In this document: piece by piece, positions 24,107-33,298 of the stretch
Numbering within the stretch: the stretch's first letter is position 1
How the letters are laid out: every line of letters starts with the position of its first letter
Source of the DNA: a virus
Lineage: Duplodnaviria > Heunggongvirae > Uroviricota > Caudoviricetes
IMG/VR virus record: IMGVR_UViG_3300020048_000021
Location: 105,848-169,847 of that record
Reading direction: 5' to 3' (one strand)
DNA length: 64,000 bases
Made by a program: the position numbers and the translations under genes
Notes under the pieces: model-generated
What the model was told of the DNA's origin: nothing
Databases searched by the model: none
What the model saw: the letters and a program-made list of their open reading frames with translations, nothing else

Positions 24107-25014
24107 TGAATTCGTTAGAATTAAAAACCTTCGTTGAAGAAAATCCAAAATTGGTTTCTAAGAAGGTAGCAGGAGATGGAATCTACGTACTGAAATACAA
24201 ACGTCGAGTATTCTATGACAAATTGTGGAATGAATTTCTAGAAGAATGTCGTGGTACTATTGTCGATGAAGATTTTAATGTCGTTGCTCGTCCTTTTACA
24301 AAGATATATAATTTTCGAATCGAAGATAAGTCTCCTGTTTTGTCAGATGATACACTTGTTACCGCTTATCGCAAGGTAAATGGTTTCATGGTCGCAGTGA
24401 CTTGGTACAATGATGACATCTTGGTGTCTACCACTGGGTCTACTGATTCGCCCTATGTTGATATGGCACGTGAAATGATGGTGAAAGAACAGCCATGGGT
24501 CAACTGGGTATCTGCTATCAGCATGAATCAGGGTTACACCATGATGTTTGAGTGTGTACATCCCGACGATCCACACATTATCCCAGAACAAACAGGAATG
24601 TATTTTCTGGGTTGGCGTGAGAACACATGGGACTCTAAGGTCGAGGGATTTGGCGGAACAATTCAAGATCACTGGCAAAAGTATGCGGTGAGTTTCTTGC
24701 GTTGTAAGTGCGCTGAATCTTTTCAGACTTCTATCGATGAACTGGTAGAAATGTCTAAGACTGTTAAGCACGAGGGTTTCGTTTTCTATACAAAAGATGA
24801 AGTGTCGGCAAAGATCAAGTCGCCGTACTATTTGATCAAGAAGTTTGTAGCTCGTAACCCACGTACTGACAAGTTGATGAGAGCAGATATCAAACAATCA
24901 ATAGATGAAGAATACTATCCATTGATTGATCATATTCAAGCAAACATTGTTGAGTATACTGCCCTAGACGAGCAAGCTCGATTGTCATGGGTTCGTGAAT
25001 TTTTGGAGCGATAG
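24106..25014 (+). CDS. rnlA: RNA ligase 1 (T4 gp63 / RnlA-like)
   Basis: segment ECRGTIVDEDFNVVARPFTKIYNF aligns with T4 Rnl1 [28 protein letters not shown]; adjacent to other RNA-repair genes. Confidence 0.65.
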   Translation: MNSLELKTFVEENPKLVSKKVAGDGIYVLKYKRRVFYDKLWNEFLEECRGTIVDEDFNVVARPFTKIYNFRIEDKSPVLSDDTLVTAYRKVNGFMVAVTWYNDDILVSTTGSTDSPYVDMAREMMVKEQPWVNWVSAISMNQGYTMMFECVHPDDPHIIPEQTGMYFLGWRENTWDSKVEGFGGTIQDHWQKYAVSFLRCKCAESFQTSIDELVEMSKTVKHEGFVFYTKDEVSAKIKSPYYLIKKFVARNPRTDKLMRADIKQSIDEEYYPLIDHIQANIVEYTALDEQARLSWVREFLER

Positions 25015-25254
25015 ATGAAAAAGAATAAGGCTAATATCGAACATCAAATTCAATTAAAAAAGGATGAGATCATTAAATATGAAGAGGTAATTAAAAATTA
25101 TCCCCCAGATCGTATGAAAAAATACGGTCAGCCCTATCTTCAACAGTTACATAATGATCTTCAGATTCTACACAATGAATTAGAAGATCGAGAAGGTCGA
25201 CGTGAGATTAAAACAAAATTAGACTATAGTAGAATCGGATTGAACAATATATGA
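25015..25254 (+). CDS. hypothetical protein
   Basis: 79 aa, coiled-coil-like. Confidence 0.4.
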   Translation: MKKNKANIEHQIQLKKDEIIKYEEVIKNYPPDRMKKYGQPYLQQLHNDLQILHNELEDREGRREIKTKLDYSRIGLNNI

Positions 25255-25937
25255 AAATAAAAAGTAACTTTAAAGATTACTATGATCATGTAGCTCATGT
25301 ATACGGTGGAGGAGACCCCAAATTCGTATACGCTCGTTTACCTATTCAGTCAGAACGTTGTACATTAGAACTTAATGACAATCAAATGACTGAACTACGA
25401 ATGAATAGATTGTATAATCATGACTTTGATCATCAATATAACTATCAATATAAGTATTTGGTTATTGCTGGTCGTCGTTATCTCACGGCTTGTAAATGGG
25501 CAAAGAACGAATTGATGCCAATTGATTACAAGTTATGGACAGAAAAGAATTTTCCAGAAGAATATGAACATGCTCGTAATGGACGTAGTTTTTGGTCCCG
25601 TCGCATTAACTATGAAACAGAACTCGGAGGAGAATTCCCAGTTTTAACTGAGATTGCTCATATGATCAATGCTCCGGTATATTCCGTAAATATGGTAAAT
25701 CACAATGTTGGTAGAAACAAAAATCTAATTACAATCGATAGCAATATACCAGTATTAGCTAATTATGAAATACCTACTATCATTACAGCAGAACAATTGT
25801 ATCAAGATTTGTCTTACTACGTATCAAACAAGATGCACACTTCTCCTGATTTGGTAGTCAATGACAATCAAACTAACAAAGAAAAAATTGCTGGACATGG
25901 TTTCGATGTTAAGCAAAGTTTTAGACATAGGAAATAA
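25251..25937 (+). CDS. hypothetical protein
   Basis: 228 aa ORF, ATGA coupling. Confidence 0.45.
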   Translation: MKIKSNFKDYYDHVAHVYGGGDPKFVYARLPIQSERCTLELNDNQMTELRMNRLYNHDFDHQYNYQYKYLVIAGRRYLTACKWAKNELMPIDYKLWTEKNFPEEYEHARNGRSFWSRRINYETELGGEFPVLTEIAHMINAPVYSVNMVNHNVGRNKNLITIDSNIPVLANYEIPTIITAEQLYQDLSYYVSNKMHTSPDLVVNDNQTNKEKIAGHGFDVKQSFRHRK

Positions 25938-25938
25938 T

Positions 25939-26184
25939 ATGAACGAAGAAGATTTAGAATATCGCTTGAGAAAACGTGCTGAGATTCGTAGACAAATACT
26001 GACTCGCAAGAGTGTCATGGAAAATACTCCGGATCGAATAGCGGATCTACTTGAAGAAGCGGCTGCTGAACTTAATCGCTTAAAGATAGAGATCGAACGA
26101 CTTGGTAATCCGACTGATGAAGTTAAACGTTTGACTGAAGAAGTTGAACGATTAAATAACCTTCCAGGTCCAGCCTTTGCATAG
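25939..26184 (+). CDS. hypothetical coiled-coil protein
   Basis: ATG 25939 two nt after upstream TAA. Confidence 0.4.
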   Translation: MNEEDLEYRLRKRAEIRRQILTRKSVMENTPDRIADLLEEAAAELNRLKIEIERLGNPTDEVKRLTEEVERLNNLPGPAFA

Positions 26185-26209
26185 ATAAATACATGACAAA
26201 GGAACTATC

Positions 26210-26551
26210 ATGGAATCAAACTTTCTAAGAAAATATTCAGACATCATCACTGAGATGGAAAATTCAGTAGACGAAGGAATCTTTAGATCAACTAAAGTGT
26301 TTAATAACAAGAAAGGAGAATTGGAACCAGTTGGCGTTGCAACCAAAACTCTTCCGTATTGTAAAAAAATAGTAGCAATGTTGGGCAAATATGGAATTGA
26401 TAGTCAAGTTGAACAAGTAGGTCATGAATTGAATTCACGATACGTAGTTCAATTGGCTAATCCACAAGAAATACAGACCGTAACTGAGTTATTCAATGCC
26501 GGTAAAATCAAGGGATTTGAATTAACTGATGTATGGCCCTCAATGTATTAA
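26210..26551 (+). CDS. hypothetical protein
   Basis: 113 aa ORF. Confidence 0.4.
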   Translation: MESNFLRKYSDIITEMENSVDEGIFRSTKVFNNKKGELEPVGVATKTLPYCKKIVAMLGKYGIDSQVEQVGHELNSRYVVQLANPQEIQTVTELFNAGKIKGFELTDVWPSMY

Positions 26552-26573
26552 CATTTAATTTTGGACAAGTAGT

Positions 26574-27350
26574 ATGAAATTCTTAGTGCAGTTTAATTTA
26601 ATTCATGAAATGGGTCTTGCTCAAGTTCGTGAAGCTATTAGTTCTTACCCACATCAATACGTAAGCGTCATTCCATTCTCTAACGAGATTATCTCTGATG
26701 AGTCGGTTGAAGGCACTGACTATCTTGCTTATGGTAGTACATTGTTTATCAAACTTGGACACGAACGTGGATGGCAGGGTGTTTATTTTGACTATGAGAA
26801 TTTCAATTACGAAACCGCAGTTAAACATCGCACAGATATGCTCAATAATGAAGTTATACTGTCTGCAATCGACGTAATTCCGTTTCTTGAAGAATCTAAA
26901 ACAGATACGTGGTTCATTCGTCCTTCGCTTGATTTAAAGCATTTTAACGGTCAAGTTATCGACAGAGTAGAGTGTATTACATGGCTGAAAGACGCTATGC
27001 AATGTGCTTCTAGTGGGTCATATCAGATATCCGAGGACTTAAAGATTGTATTGGCACAACCAAAAAATATCCAAGCCGAATGGCGATGGTTCATTGTCAA
27101 TGGAAAAGTAGTATCTGGCGCAATGTATCGCTGTCGTGGTCAATTAGTTAAGATTCGTGAGCTAGACAAAGAAGTAATCGACGAAGCACAGAAATTGGCT
27201 GATGGATGGTTACCACATCGTAATTGCGTTATGGATACTGCATTGGTAGATGATAAGTTATCGGTGATTGAGTTCAATTGCATAAACGGTAGCGGATTTT
27301 ATGGACATGATGTTAAAATTATTTTCAAAGAATTGTACGAAAACGCTTGA
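26574..27350 (+). CDS. hypothetical protein (possible ATP-grasp-like fold)
   Basis: 258 aa; weak resemblance only. Confidence 0.3.
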   Translation: MKFLVQFNLIHEMGLAQVREAISSYPHQYVSVIPFSNEIISDESVEGTDYLAYGSTLFIKLGHERGWQGVYFDYENFNYETAVKHRTDMLNNEVILSAIDVIPFLEESKTDTWFIRPSLDLKHFNGQVIDRVECITWLKDAMQCASSGSYQISEDLKIVLAQPKNIQAEWRWFIVNGKVVSGAMYRCRGQLVKIRELDKEVIDEAQKLADGWLPHRNCVMDTALVDDKLSVIEFNCINGSGFYGHDVKIIFKELYENA

Positions 27351-27375
27351 CTTTTATTTCAACGTCATGTATAAT
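27347..27375 (+). promoter_or_regulatory. sigma70-type promoter TTGACT-17-TATAAT upstream of tRNA-Ser
   Basis: TTGACT 27347-27352, TATAAT 27370-27375. Confidence 0.6.
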
Positions 27376-27400
27376 AGTTAAATAGTAGAGTAAGTAATAC

Positions 27401-27488
27401 GGGTAGTTGCCTGAGTGGTTAAAGGAGCAGTTTGCTAAACTGTCGTCCCGAAAGGGGCGCATAGGTTCGAATCCTATACTACCCGCCA
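27401..27488 (+). tRNA. tRNA-Ser (GCU), type II
   Basis: acceptor GGGTAGT/ACTACCC, anticodon stem GCAGT/ACTGT loop TTGCTAA, variable arm GTCCC-GAAA-GGGGC, T-arm ATAGG-TTCGAAT-CCTAT, G73, CCA. Confidence 0.75.
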
Positions 27489-27505
27489 CTAATTTGTAGT
27501 ACACC

Positions 27506-27579
27506 GCAGGATTGGCATATTGGTTGTGTCCTAGCCTTCCAAGCTAGTCAAAGGAGTTCGATTCTCCTATCCTGCTCCA
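27506..27579 (+). tRNA. tRNA-Gly (UCC)
   Basis: acceptor GCAGGAT/ATCCTGC, anticodon stem CTAGC/GCTAG loop CTTCCAA, T-arm AGGAG-TTCGATT-CTCCT, CCA. Confidence 0.75.
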
Positions 27580-27596
27580 ATTTTTATAGGAAGTGC

Positions 27597-27854
27597 ATGG
27601 CTGTAATAACTGAGGATCGTTTAAAACAATTAATGATTGAGGCTGGTGGATCCATTGATGAGAAATCGTGGGCAATTGCTAGAAAGTTTGCCAGTTTAGT
27701 ATTACAAGATAATGCAAGTCTAAATCCGACAGTTAAAAATTTAACAGAAGATGAAATACTAGAATTATGGGATTGGAATAGTGGTGAAATTTTAGCCACT
27801 GACATTTTAGATTTTGCCAATGCTCATTGGCGAGTTTTATCAGGACGTATTTAG
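27597..27854 (+). CDS. hypothetical protein
   Basis: 85 aa ORF. Confidence 0.4.
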   Translation: MAVITEDRLKQLMIEAGGSIDEKSWAIARKFASLVLQDNASLNPTVKNLTEDEILELWDWNSGEILATDILDFANAHWRVLSGRI

Positions 27855-27863
27855 GAGAAGTAA

Positions 27864-28073
27864 ATGGCACAACGTAATCAAGTTAAAGATCCAAACAAAA
27901 CCAAAACTGGTAAACCCAAGTTAGGTGGATTAACAGTAAGTCAACTCACTACTATGGTTGAAAAAGAAGGTAAGAAGAAAATTAAGGCAAAAATTCTTAA
28001 TCGTATTCGTATTGTAACTAGTCGTAAAGGCTATGTAGCACCAGTTATTGTAGTAGAACCTACAGTAGTATAA
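27864..28073 (+). CDS. hypothetical basic protein
   Basis: 69 aa, lysine-rich, RBS AGGAGAAGTAAATG. Confidence 0.45.
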   Translation: MAQRNQVKDPNKTKTGKPKLGGLTVSQLTTMVEKEGKKKIKAKILNRIRIVTSRKGYVAPVIVVEPTVV

Positions 28074-28084
28074 ATAGTATCAAT

Positions 28085-28160
28085 GCCCGGTTAGCTCAGT
28101 TGGTAGAGCAGCTCACTTGTAATGAGAAGGTCGAGGGTTCGACTCCTTTACTGGGCACCA
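28085..28160 (+). tRNA. tRNA-Thr (UGU)
   Basis: acceptor GCCCGGT/ACTGGGC, D GCTC/GAGC, anticodon loop CTTGTAA, T-arm GAGGG-TTCGACT-CCTTT, CCA. Confidence 0.75.
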
Positions 28161-28164
28161 AATA

Positions 28165-29316
28165 TCAAAGCTTGAATAACTTCAAGTGTTCGTGAATACG
28201 GTTCAATGGTTCATCCCAATCGCCAATAGTTGGCTGTCTAAAAATACGACACGATGGATACCACGGACTGTCTTCACGATGTAGTAACCATCTCCAACAA
28301 TTTCCGAATTGATTCAACGGTAGTAACAATGGTTGACCCATTGCACCAGTTAAATGTGCAACAGCAGTATCAATCGATACGACTACATCTAAATTATGAA
28401 TCAATCCCGCAGTATCATTCCAATTTGTAATCGAAAGTGGATACGTGTTTAATCCTAGTTCAATTAATTTATCAGATTGTTCTTGATCGCAGTCAGCTTG
28501 TAAGCTTATCCATTCATAGTTTGGATTACGTTTAACTAATTCAAGCATCTTTTCAAATGGAATAGACTTGTGTTGATTGATCCAACTGTCACGACGACCA
28601 GACCAACAAAACCCAACTCTAAGTTTAGTTTTGGTACCTAATTTTGTTTGCCAATTCTGAATTGATTGTGGGCCAGCACTGATGTATTTTATTTCAGTTG
28701 GAAGATTCTCATACGTAATTTTTAGTACGCCGGGAATACTCATCATTGAAATCCAGTAATCAAATTCTGGTAATATTTCTTCATAAGAGTATACTTGTAT
28801 TGAATCTTTGAACGACATTTTAAACAGTACTTTAAGCACACTTTCACATTGAATAATGACATCTGTGCCTAATAATTTTAATTGTGTAATGAATCGAGAG
28901 AATTGAATATTGTCACCATGACCCTGTTCACACACAATAAGCAATCGTTTATTGTTTAAATCTTCTCCTGACCATCGTGGTTGTTCAAATCGTGGACTTA
29001 ATCCATTCAAGTGTTCGAATTGCCAACGCTTTTCGTATTGCTCCCATCCACGAGTTAAGTCTCCTGATAGTAAATAAGCAACTGCTAAATTGAATTGAGC
29101 TATGCTGTCAGTTGGATCAATGTCAATGGCACATTGCAAGAATCTGATTGCTCTTTCTGGATGTCCCATTTCTCTAATCACATTACCGTAATTGGTATAT
29201 GCAGAACCTAAGTCAGGAAATTGAGCAAATGCTTGGGCATATAAATCAATTGCATCTTTTGGTCGTGAAGTGGCTCTAAAATGAGCGGCTTGTTCAAATA
29301 GTTCTATTAATGTCAT
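28165..29316 (-). CDS. TPR-repeat protein fused to glycosyltransferase family 9 (heptosyltransferase-like) domain
   Basis: N-terminal TPR-like helices; C-terminal EQGHGDNIQFSRF and DTAVAHLTGAMGQPLLLPL resemble GT9 motifs. Confidence 0.55.
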   Translation of the reverse strand: MTLIELFEQAAHFRATSRPKDAIDLYAQAFAQFPDLGSAYTNYGNVIREMGHPERAIRFLQCAIDIDPTDSIAQFNLAVAYLLSGDLTRGWEQYEKRWQFEHLNGLSPRFEQPRWSGEDLNNKRLLIVCEQGHGDNIQFSRFITQLKLLGTDVIIQCESVLKVLFKMSFKDSIQVYSYEEILPEFDYWISMMSIPGVLKITYENLPTEIKYISAGPQSIQNWQTKLGTKTKLRVGFCWSGRRDSWINQHKSIPFEKMLELVKRNPNYEWISLQADCDQEQSDKLIELGLNTYPLSITNWNDTAGLIHNLDVVVSIDTAVAHLTGAMGQPLLLPLNQFGNCWRWLLHREDSPWYPSCRIFRQPTIGDWDEPLNRIHEHLKLFKL

Positions 29317-29671
29317 GCTAATATTTACTATTATTTCATTCGTTAATTATTTTTATCAGTTTGTCCGAATTTCATTGACTTTATAACAGTTATAAAGTAT
29401 AATAGTTTTATTGATTGAGAAGCAATTCTTAAATCAATCGTGAAGTAAAAGGTAGACGAGGGTAGGCACACAAGTCTCTTGAAAAGACTCATCCTAAGCT
29501 TAGCGTCATGTGTCATGATCTGGATCGCTGATCCACCAAATTGTTTATTGTTGATCATGAATATATGAACCACTGTTTATTGTACTTTGAGCATTGTATT
29601 ATGTTTATTGTCCGGTCTATTACTTGACCTTTTGCCACGTTAAATTTACCAATCACCCAAAGAGAGAAAAT

Positions 29672-30250
29672 ATGAATATTACCCTACGTAAAGCATCAGC
29701 ACTACAAAATCGTATCAACGAAACAATCGCTGATATCAGAATGAACCCATACGTAACTCTGAATGAGTTTCAAGATCCATCGACAATGTTACTTAACGCA
29801 AAAACTACATTGTTTGAAAACGATACTCGTCGTCAACGACTGTTATTGACCATGTATACCATTCGTAGTTTAGTAGCAGCAGCTAATTCTGCTTCGGGCG
29901 TAGACTTAAAGCTGGCAACCGCTGCGTACATCGACAAACGAATTGTACAATTAAACGAGTTGGCTGTATTACAACCACAAGAACCACTAAGTGTCATTGA
30001 GGGTCAGCTTGCTAAGCTCAAAGCTCAAGATACGACTAAGAATCAGCGTAGTATGTACGGTTATGATGACGGTGGAGTAAAGACTTCTGTTATTGAGAAT
30101 GAGCAAATCAAAAGATTTAAACAGGAAATTTTGAATTTGAAAAAGCAAAAGCAAGGCATCAATGATGAAGTTCTTGCACTGAATATCAAAACCGAGATTC
30201 CATTGAGTGAAGAATCGGTGGGTATTTTAACAGAAGAAGGTTTGCTATAA
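29672..30250 (+). CDS. hypothetical protein
   Basis: ATG 29672 after RBS AGAGAGAAAATATG; ORF-track start 29594 is upstream of the RBS. Confidence 0.4.
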   Translation: MNITLRKASALQNRINETIADIRMNPYVTLNEFQDPSTMLLNAKTTLFENDTRRQRLLLTMYTIRSLVAAANSASGVDLKLATAAYIDKRIVQLNELAVLQPQEPLSVIEGQLAKLKAQDTTKNQRSMYGYDDGGVKTSVIENEQIKRFKQEILNLKKQKQGINDEVLALNIKTEIPLSEESVGILTEEGLL

Positions 30251-30257
30251 ATAGATA

Positions 30258-30806
30258 ATGACGCCCGATAACATAAATTCAACATTAATTCAGATTGTAG
30301 ACTCGATTGATGTTGAATCTATTGTAGAATGCTTTCAATCTATGAAAGATATTATTCAATTCACTGAGTCTGGTCACAAGGGCAGTCAATCCGGACTTCA
30401 ATATTTATCAGAAGAAGATCCACATACTAGCGCCGTAGGTCGAGGCAAGGGTCGAGATCATGAATACACATCATTAAATCCCTTATTTGTAGGAACCATT
30501 TTCGAAACCATCATTAATAAATATAAGTTCACACGAACCAGATTAATGTGGGTTAATCATATGTCGTGCTATAGTATGCATAGAGATCCTAGTCCACGAG
30601 TACATATTCCTCTTATCACCAACGAACAATGTTATTTTATATTCAAACATGGATTAATACAGCATTTTCCAGTAGGTTATGTGTATTATACTGACACCAG
30701 ACACGATCATACATTTGCAAACTGTTCAGAAGAAAGACGATTACATTTAGTTGGCGCAGTTGATGATAATTGGATAACTGATAGATTGACAATAAATAAG
30801 AATTAA
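30258..30806 (+). CDS. hypothetical protein, possible cupin/2OG-Fe(II) oxygenase-like
   Basis: MHRDPSPRVH and HDH segments. Confidence 0.3.
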   Translation: MTPDNINSTLIQIVDSIDVESIVECFQSMKDIIQFTESGHKGSQSGLQYLSEEDPHTSAVGRGKGRDHEYTSLNPLFVGTIFETIINKYKFTRTRLMWVNHMSCYSMHRDPSPRVHIPLITNEQCYFIFKHGLIQHFPVGYVYYTDTRHDHTFANCSEERRLHLVGAVDDNWITDRLTINKN

Positions 30807-30814
30807 GTTATAAT
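30786..30814 (+). promoter_or_regulatory. sigma70-type promoter TTGACAATAAATA-17-TATAAT upstream of tRNA cluster, overlapping the end of the previous gene
   Basis: TTGACA 30786-30791, TATAAT 30809-30814. Confidence 0.6.
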
Positions 30815-30833
30815 AGTTTTATAGTAAAGAAAT

Positions 30834-30909
30834 GCTCCTCTAGCTCATCGGTTAGAGCAGGAAACTCATAATTTCTTGGTACCGTGTTCGATTCACGGGG
30901 GGAGTACCA
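30834..30909 (+). tRNA. tRNA with CAU anticodon (Met or Ile2)
   Basis: acceptor GCTCCTC/GGGGAGT, D GCTC/GAGC, anticodon stem GGAAA/TTTCT loop CTCATAA, T-arm CCGTG-TTCGATT-CACGG, CCA. Confidence 0.7.
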
Positions 30910-30914
30910 AATAT

Positions 30915-30989
30915 TCGCGCGTAGTTCAACGGATAGAACAGGGGATTTCTACTCCTCTGATGTGGGTTCGATTCCTGCCGCGCGAACCA
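30915..30989 (+). tRNA. tRNA-Arg (UCU)
   Basis: acceptor TCGCGCG/CGCGCGA, D GTTC/GAAC, anticodon loop TTTCTAC, T-loop TTCGATT, CCA. Confidence 0.7.
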
Positions 30990-31013
30990 GAATTCGTAGT
31001 AAATAGAAATAAT

Positions 31014-31098
31014 GCGAGAGTGGTGGAATTGGTATACACAAGGCGCTTAAAACGCCTCGCCGTAAGGATTATGGGTTCAAGTCCCGTCTCTCGTACCA
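31014..31098 (+). tRNA. tRNA-Leu (UAA), type II
   Basis: acceptor GCGAGAG/CTCTCGT, D GTG/CAC with GAATTGGTATA loop, anticodon stem AGGCG/CGCCT loop CTTAAAA, long variable arm, T-loop TTCAAGT, CCA. Confidence 0.75.
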
Positions 31099-31099
31099 T

Positions 31100-31175
31100 G
31101 GATCGTTAGCTCAGCGGTAGCAGCGGCGCCTTTACACGGCGTAGGTCGTAGGTTCGATCCCTACACGATCCACCA
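31100..31175 (+). tRNA. tRNA-Val (UAC)
   Basis: acceptor GGATCGT/ACGATCC, anticodon stem GCGCC/GGCGT loop TTTACAC, T-arm GTAGG-TTCGATC-CCTAC, CCA. Confidence 0.75.
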
Positions 31176-31196
31176 GATTTAGTTAAAAGGAGATTT

Positions 31197-31451
31197 ATGA
31201 AACGAGAACTAATTAATATTTATGAGCGAGTATTGGCCACATCAGCCCGAGTTAGAGAAATCAAAGAAGTTCGAGCGGCTGCCATTGAGATTGGACATTA
31301 CGAACTTAATCAGTATAAAAAACACGACACACCCGCTCAAATGGTAGACAAAGAAATTGAAGCTGGCGTGATTGGTCGAGATTACCTAATGAAAGCTATA
31401 TCAAAAACCAATAAGAGAAATAAGGATTACAACAAAACTAAACGAAGGTAG
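31197..31451 (+). CDS. hypothetical protein
   Basis: 84 aa, RBS AAAGGAGATTTATG. Confidence 0.45.
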   Translation: MKRELINIYERVLATSARVREIKEVRAAAIEIGHYELNQYKKHDTPAQMVDKEIEAGVIGRDYLMKAISKTNKRNKDYNKTKRR

Positions 31452-31457
31452 TTAATC

Positions 31458-31952
31458 ATGTATAAGAAACAAATCAACACAGATGACGTAGTAAAATTTC
31501 TAGAAACTTGCGATGACACGACTAAAGTGTACATCGGTTGTGACTCAGAACGATTTCAAATAAATTCAGTCTGGTATGCAGACTATATTACCGCGGTTGT
31601 GGTACATATTAATGGAAATCAAGGATGTAAGATTTTTGGCGCAGTTGATCGTGAACGAGATTATGAACAAAATGTCAACAAGCCTCGTCATCGTCTTATG
31701 TCGGAAGTTTATCGTGTGGCGGATTTGTATCTTAGATTAAGTGAAGTTGTAGCTCACGATATTGAAGTTCATTTGGACTTAAATCCAAGTGAAATCCATA
31801 ATAGTTCTATTGTGGTTAATGAGGCAGTTGGTTATATTAAGGGAATGTGTGGAGTGGTTCCTTTCGTTAAACCAGAGGCTTTTGCTGCTAGTTATGCTGC
31901 TGATCGATACAAGTCTTTGACAGAATATCAGCGTCATATGACTGGAACGTAA
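31458..31952 (+). CDS. hypothetical protein
   Basis: 164 aa ORF. Confidence 0.45.
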   Translation: MYKKQINTDDVVKFLETCDDTTKVYIGCDSERFQINSVWYADYITAVVVHINGNQGCKIFGAVDRERDYEQNVNKPRHRLMSEVYRVADLYLRLSEVVAHDIEVHLDLNPSEIHNSSIVVNEAVGYIKGMCGVVPFVKPEAFAASYAADRYKSLTEYQRHMTGT

Positions 31953-32057
31953 TGTTGTAAAAAAACAACACTTTTGCCCCCTTAGTCTTTAGAGACTTTG
32001 GGGGTTTTTTATTGCTCCGAAAATGCTTGACATTAAATCAAAAACAGTCTATAATGT
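31953..32057 (+). promoter_or_regulatory. PeSL-like cassette: palindrome TGTTGTA-N5-ACAACA, rho-independent terminator (31977-32010) and promoter TTGACA(32029-32034)-17-TATAAT(32052-32057)
   Basis: CCCCC...GGGGG hairpin followed by TTTTTT; exact promoter boxes. Confidence 0.65.
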
Positions 32058-32085
32058 ATCATAAACTGAAAAAACGGAAGAAAAG

Positions 32086-32355
32086 ATGATTACAGCAGAA
32101 AAATTAGAGCAGTTGCAGAATATCAATGCCGATCAAATGACTAACTTAATGTCTGATTGTGGGTATGATGTTACTTCTGAGCCGTATCTCAACACTTATT
32201 TCGAGGGTGTTACTACTTCTACTGAGAATAAAGTTAACTTCATTTATCAGGGCATGTATTACGATATTCATGTTACACACGCTATTCAGTACGCTCATTT
32301 GATCGTGTCGTTCGATTTGGTGACTGGCAAAACTTCAGTAGACTACTCAGCTTAA
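32086..32355 (+). CDS. hypothetical protein
   Basis: 89 aa, RBS AACGGAAGAAAAGATG. Confidence 0.4.
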   Translation: MITAEKLEQLQNINADQMTNLMSDCGYDVTSEPYLNTYFEGVTTSTENKVNFIYQGMYYDIHVTHAIQYAHLIVSFDLVTGKTSVDYSA

Positions 32356-32368
32356 AAAGGAAAAAATT

Positions 32369-33238
32369 ATGATCACGGTACGCGGCTTTGAAGATAAATT
32401 CTGGACATTTCCCGGTGGGGAACGTTCAGTCAAATTAACCCCGAATGAAAAACAAATTGCTACACAACGAGTTTTTGATGCCACGCCCGCTGGCGAATGG
32501 CCTGTATTTGAAATGCGTATGGACTTTCGTGGTTCAGACGATTTAGTGGATATGATGCTGGCAGTAAACGCTCTACGCAATGCGTATGGGCATGAAATTG
32601 AGTTAACATTGAATGTGCCATATTTCCCATTCTCTCGTCAAGATCGTGTGATGACTGGTGGAGAGTCGTTTGGACTTCAAGTGGTTGCTGATATGATTAA
32701 ACTGTGCAATTTCAAACGTGTTACTACGCTTGATATTCACAGTGATGTAGCTCGCGCAATGTTCCCAGCAGGCGTGTTTGGGAATGTATCGCAAGACACA
32801 GTGTGGGCTACTCGCATCAAAGACTTGACACACTTGGCAGAGTTGGAACTCAACGGAAAAACCGTTATTGTATCGCCTGATGCCGGCGCACTCAAGAAAA
32901 TTTACAAAGTAGCCGCTGCTACAGGATTGCCAGTAGTAGAGGCTAAAAAGATTCGTGACGTTGCCACAGGGCACATTGTCAAGACTGAAATTGATGGCTC
33001 ACAACTTAGTGAGTTTGAACAAGTAGTTATCGTTGACGATATTTGTGACGGTGGACGTACATTCGTAGAACTTGGTAAAGTCATTCGTGATAGCGGGTTT
33101 CGGGGTAGATTAGTACTGTGTGTAACTCACGGTATTTTCTCGAAAGGTCTGGATGTGTTTACTGAGTACTTTGATGAAATTCACACAGTAAACAATATCG
33201 GTGGGGTTGATCTGGTCGCATTTAATAGTGTAAAGTAG
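32369..33238 (+). CDS. ribose-phosphate pyrophosphokinase (PRPP synthetase)-like enzyme; candidate ADP-ribose pyrophosphate synthetase (Adps) of NARP1
   Basis: PRPP-synthetase/PRTase-type architecture including VVIVDDICDGGRTF PRPP-binding loop; directly upstream of NAMPT-like gene. Confidence 0.6.
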   Translation: MITVRGFEDKFWTFPGGERSVKLTPNEKQIATQRVFDATPAGEWPVFEMRMDFRGSDDLVDMMLAVNALRNAYGHEIELTLNVPYFPFSRQDRVMTGGESFGLQVVADMIKLCNFKRVTTLDIHSDVARAMFPAGVFGNVSQDTVWATRIKDLTHLAELELNGKTVIVSPDAGALKKIYKVAAATGLPVVEAKKIRDVATGHIVKTEIDGSQLSEFEQVVIVDDICDGGRTFVELGKVIRDSGFRGRLVLCVTHGIFSKGLDVFTEYFDEIHTVNNIGGVDLVAFNSVK

Positions 33239-33267
33239 TTGACAATAAATCAGTATTTTGATATAAT
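33239..33267 (+). promoter_or_regulatory. sigma70-type promoter TTGACAATAAATC-17-TATAAT in front of the NAMPT-like gene
   Basis: TTGACA 33239-33244, TATAAT 33262-33267. Confidence 0.6.
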
Positions 33268-33298
33268 ATTTACATAGACTAAAGAAAAGGAAAAGAAA

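Noticed and set aside
24343-24897. 184-aa minus-strand ORF inside the RNA ligase 1 gene
   Set aside because: Entirely nested antisense within a gene with recognisable Rnl1 motifs. The same applies to other antisense ORFs in the track (for example 33427-33843 inside the NAMPT-like gene, 9903-10176, 36889-37245).
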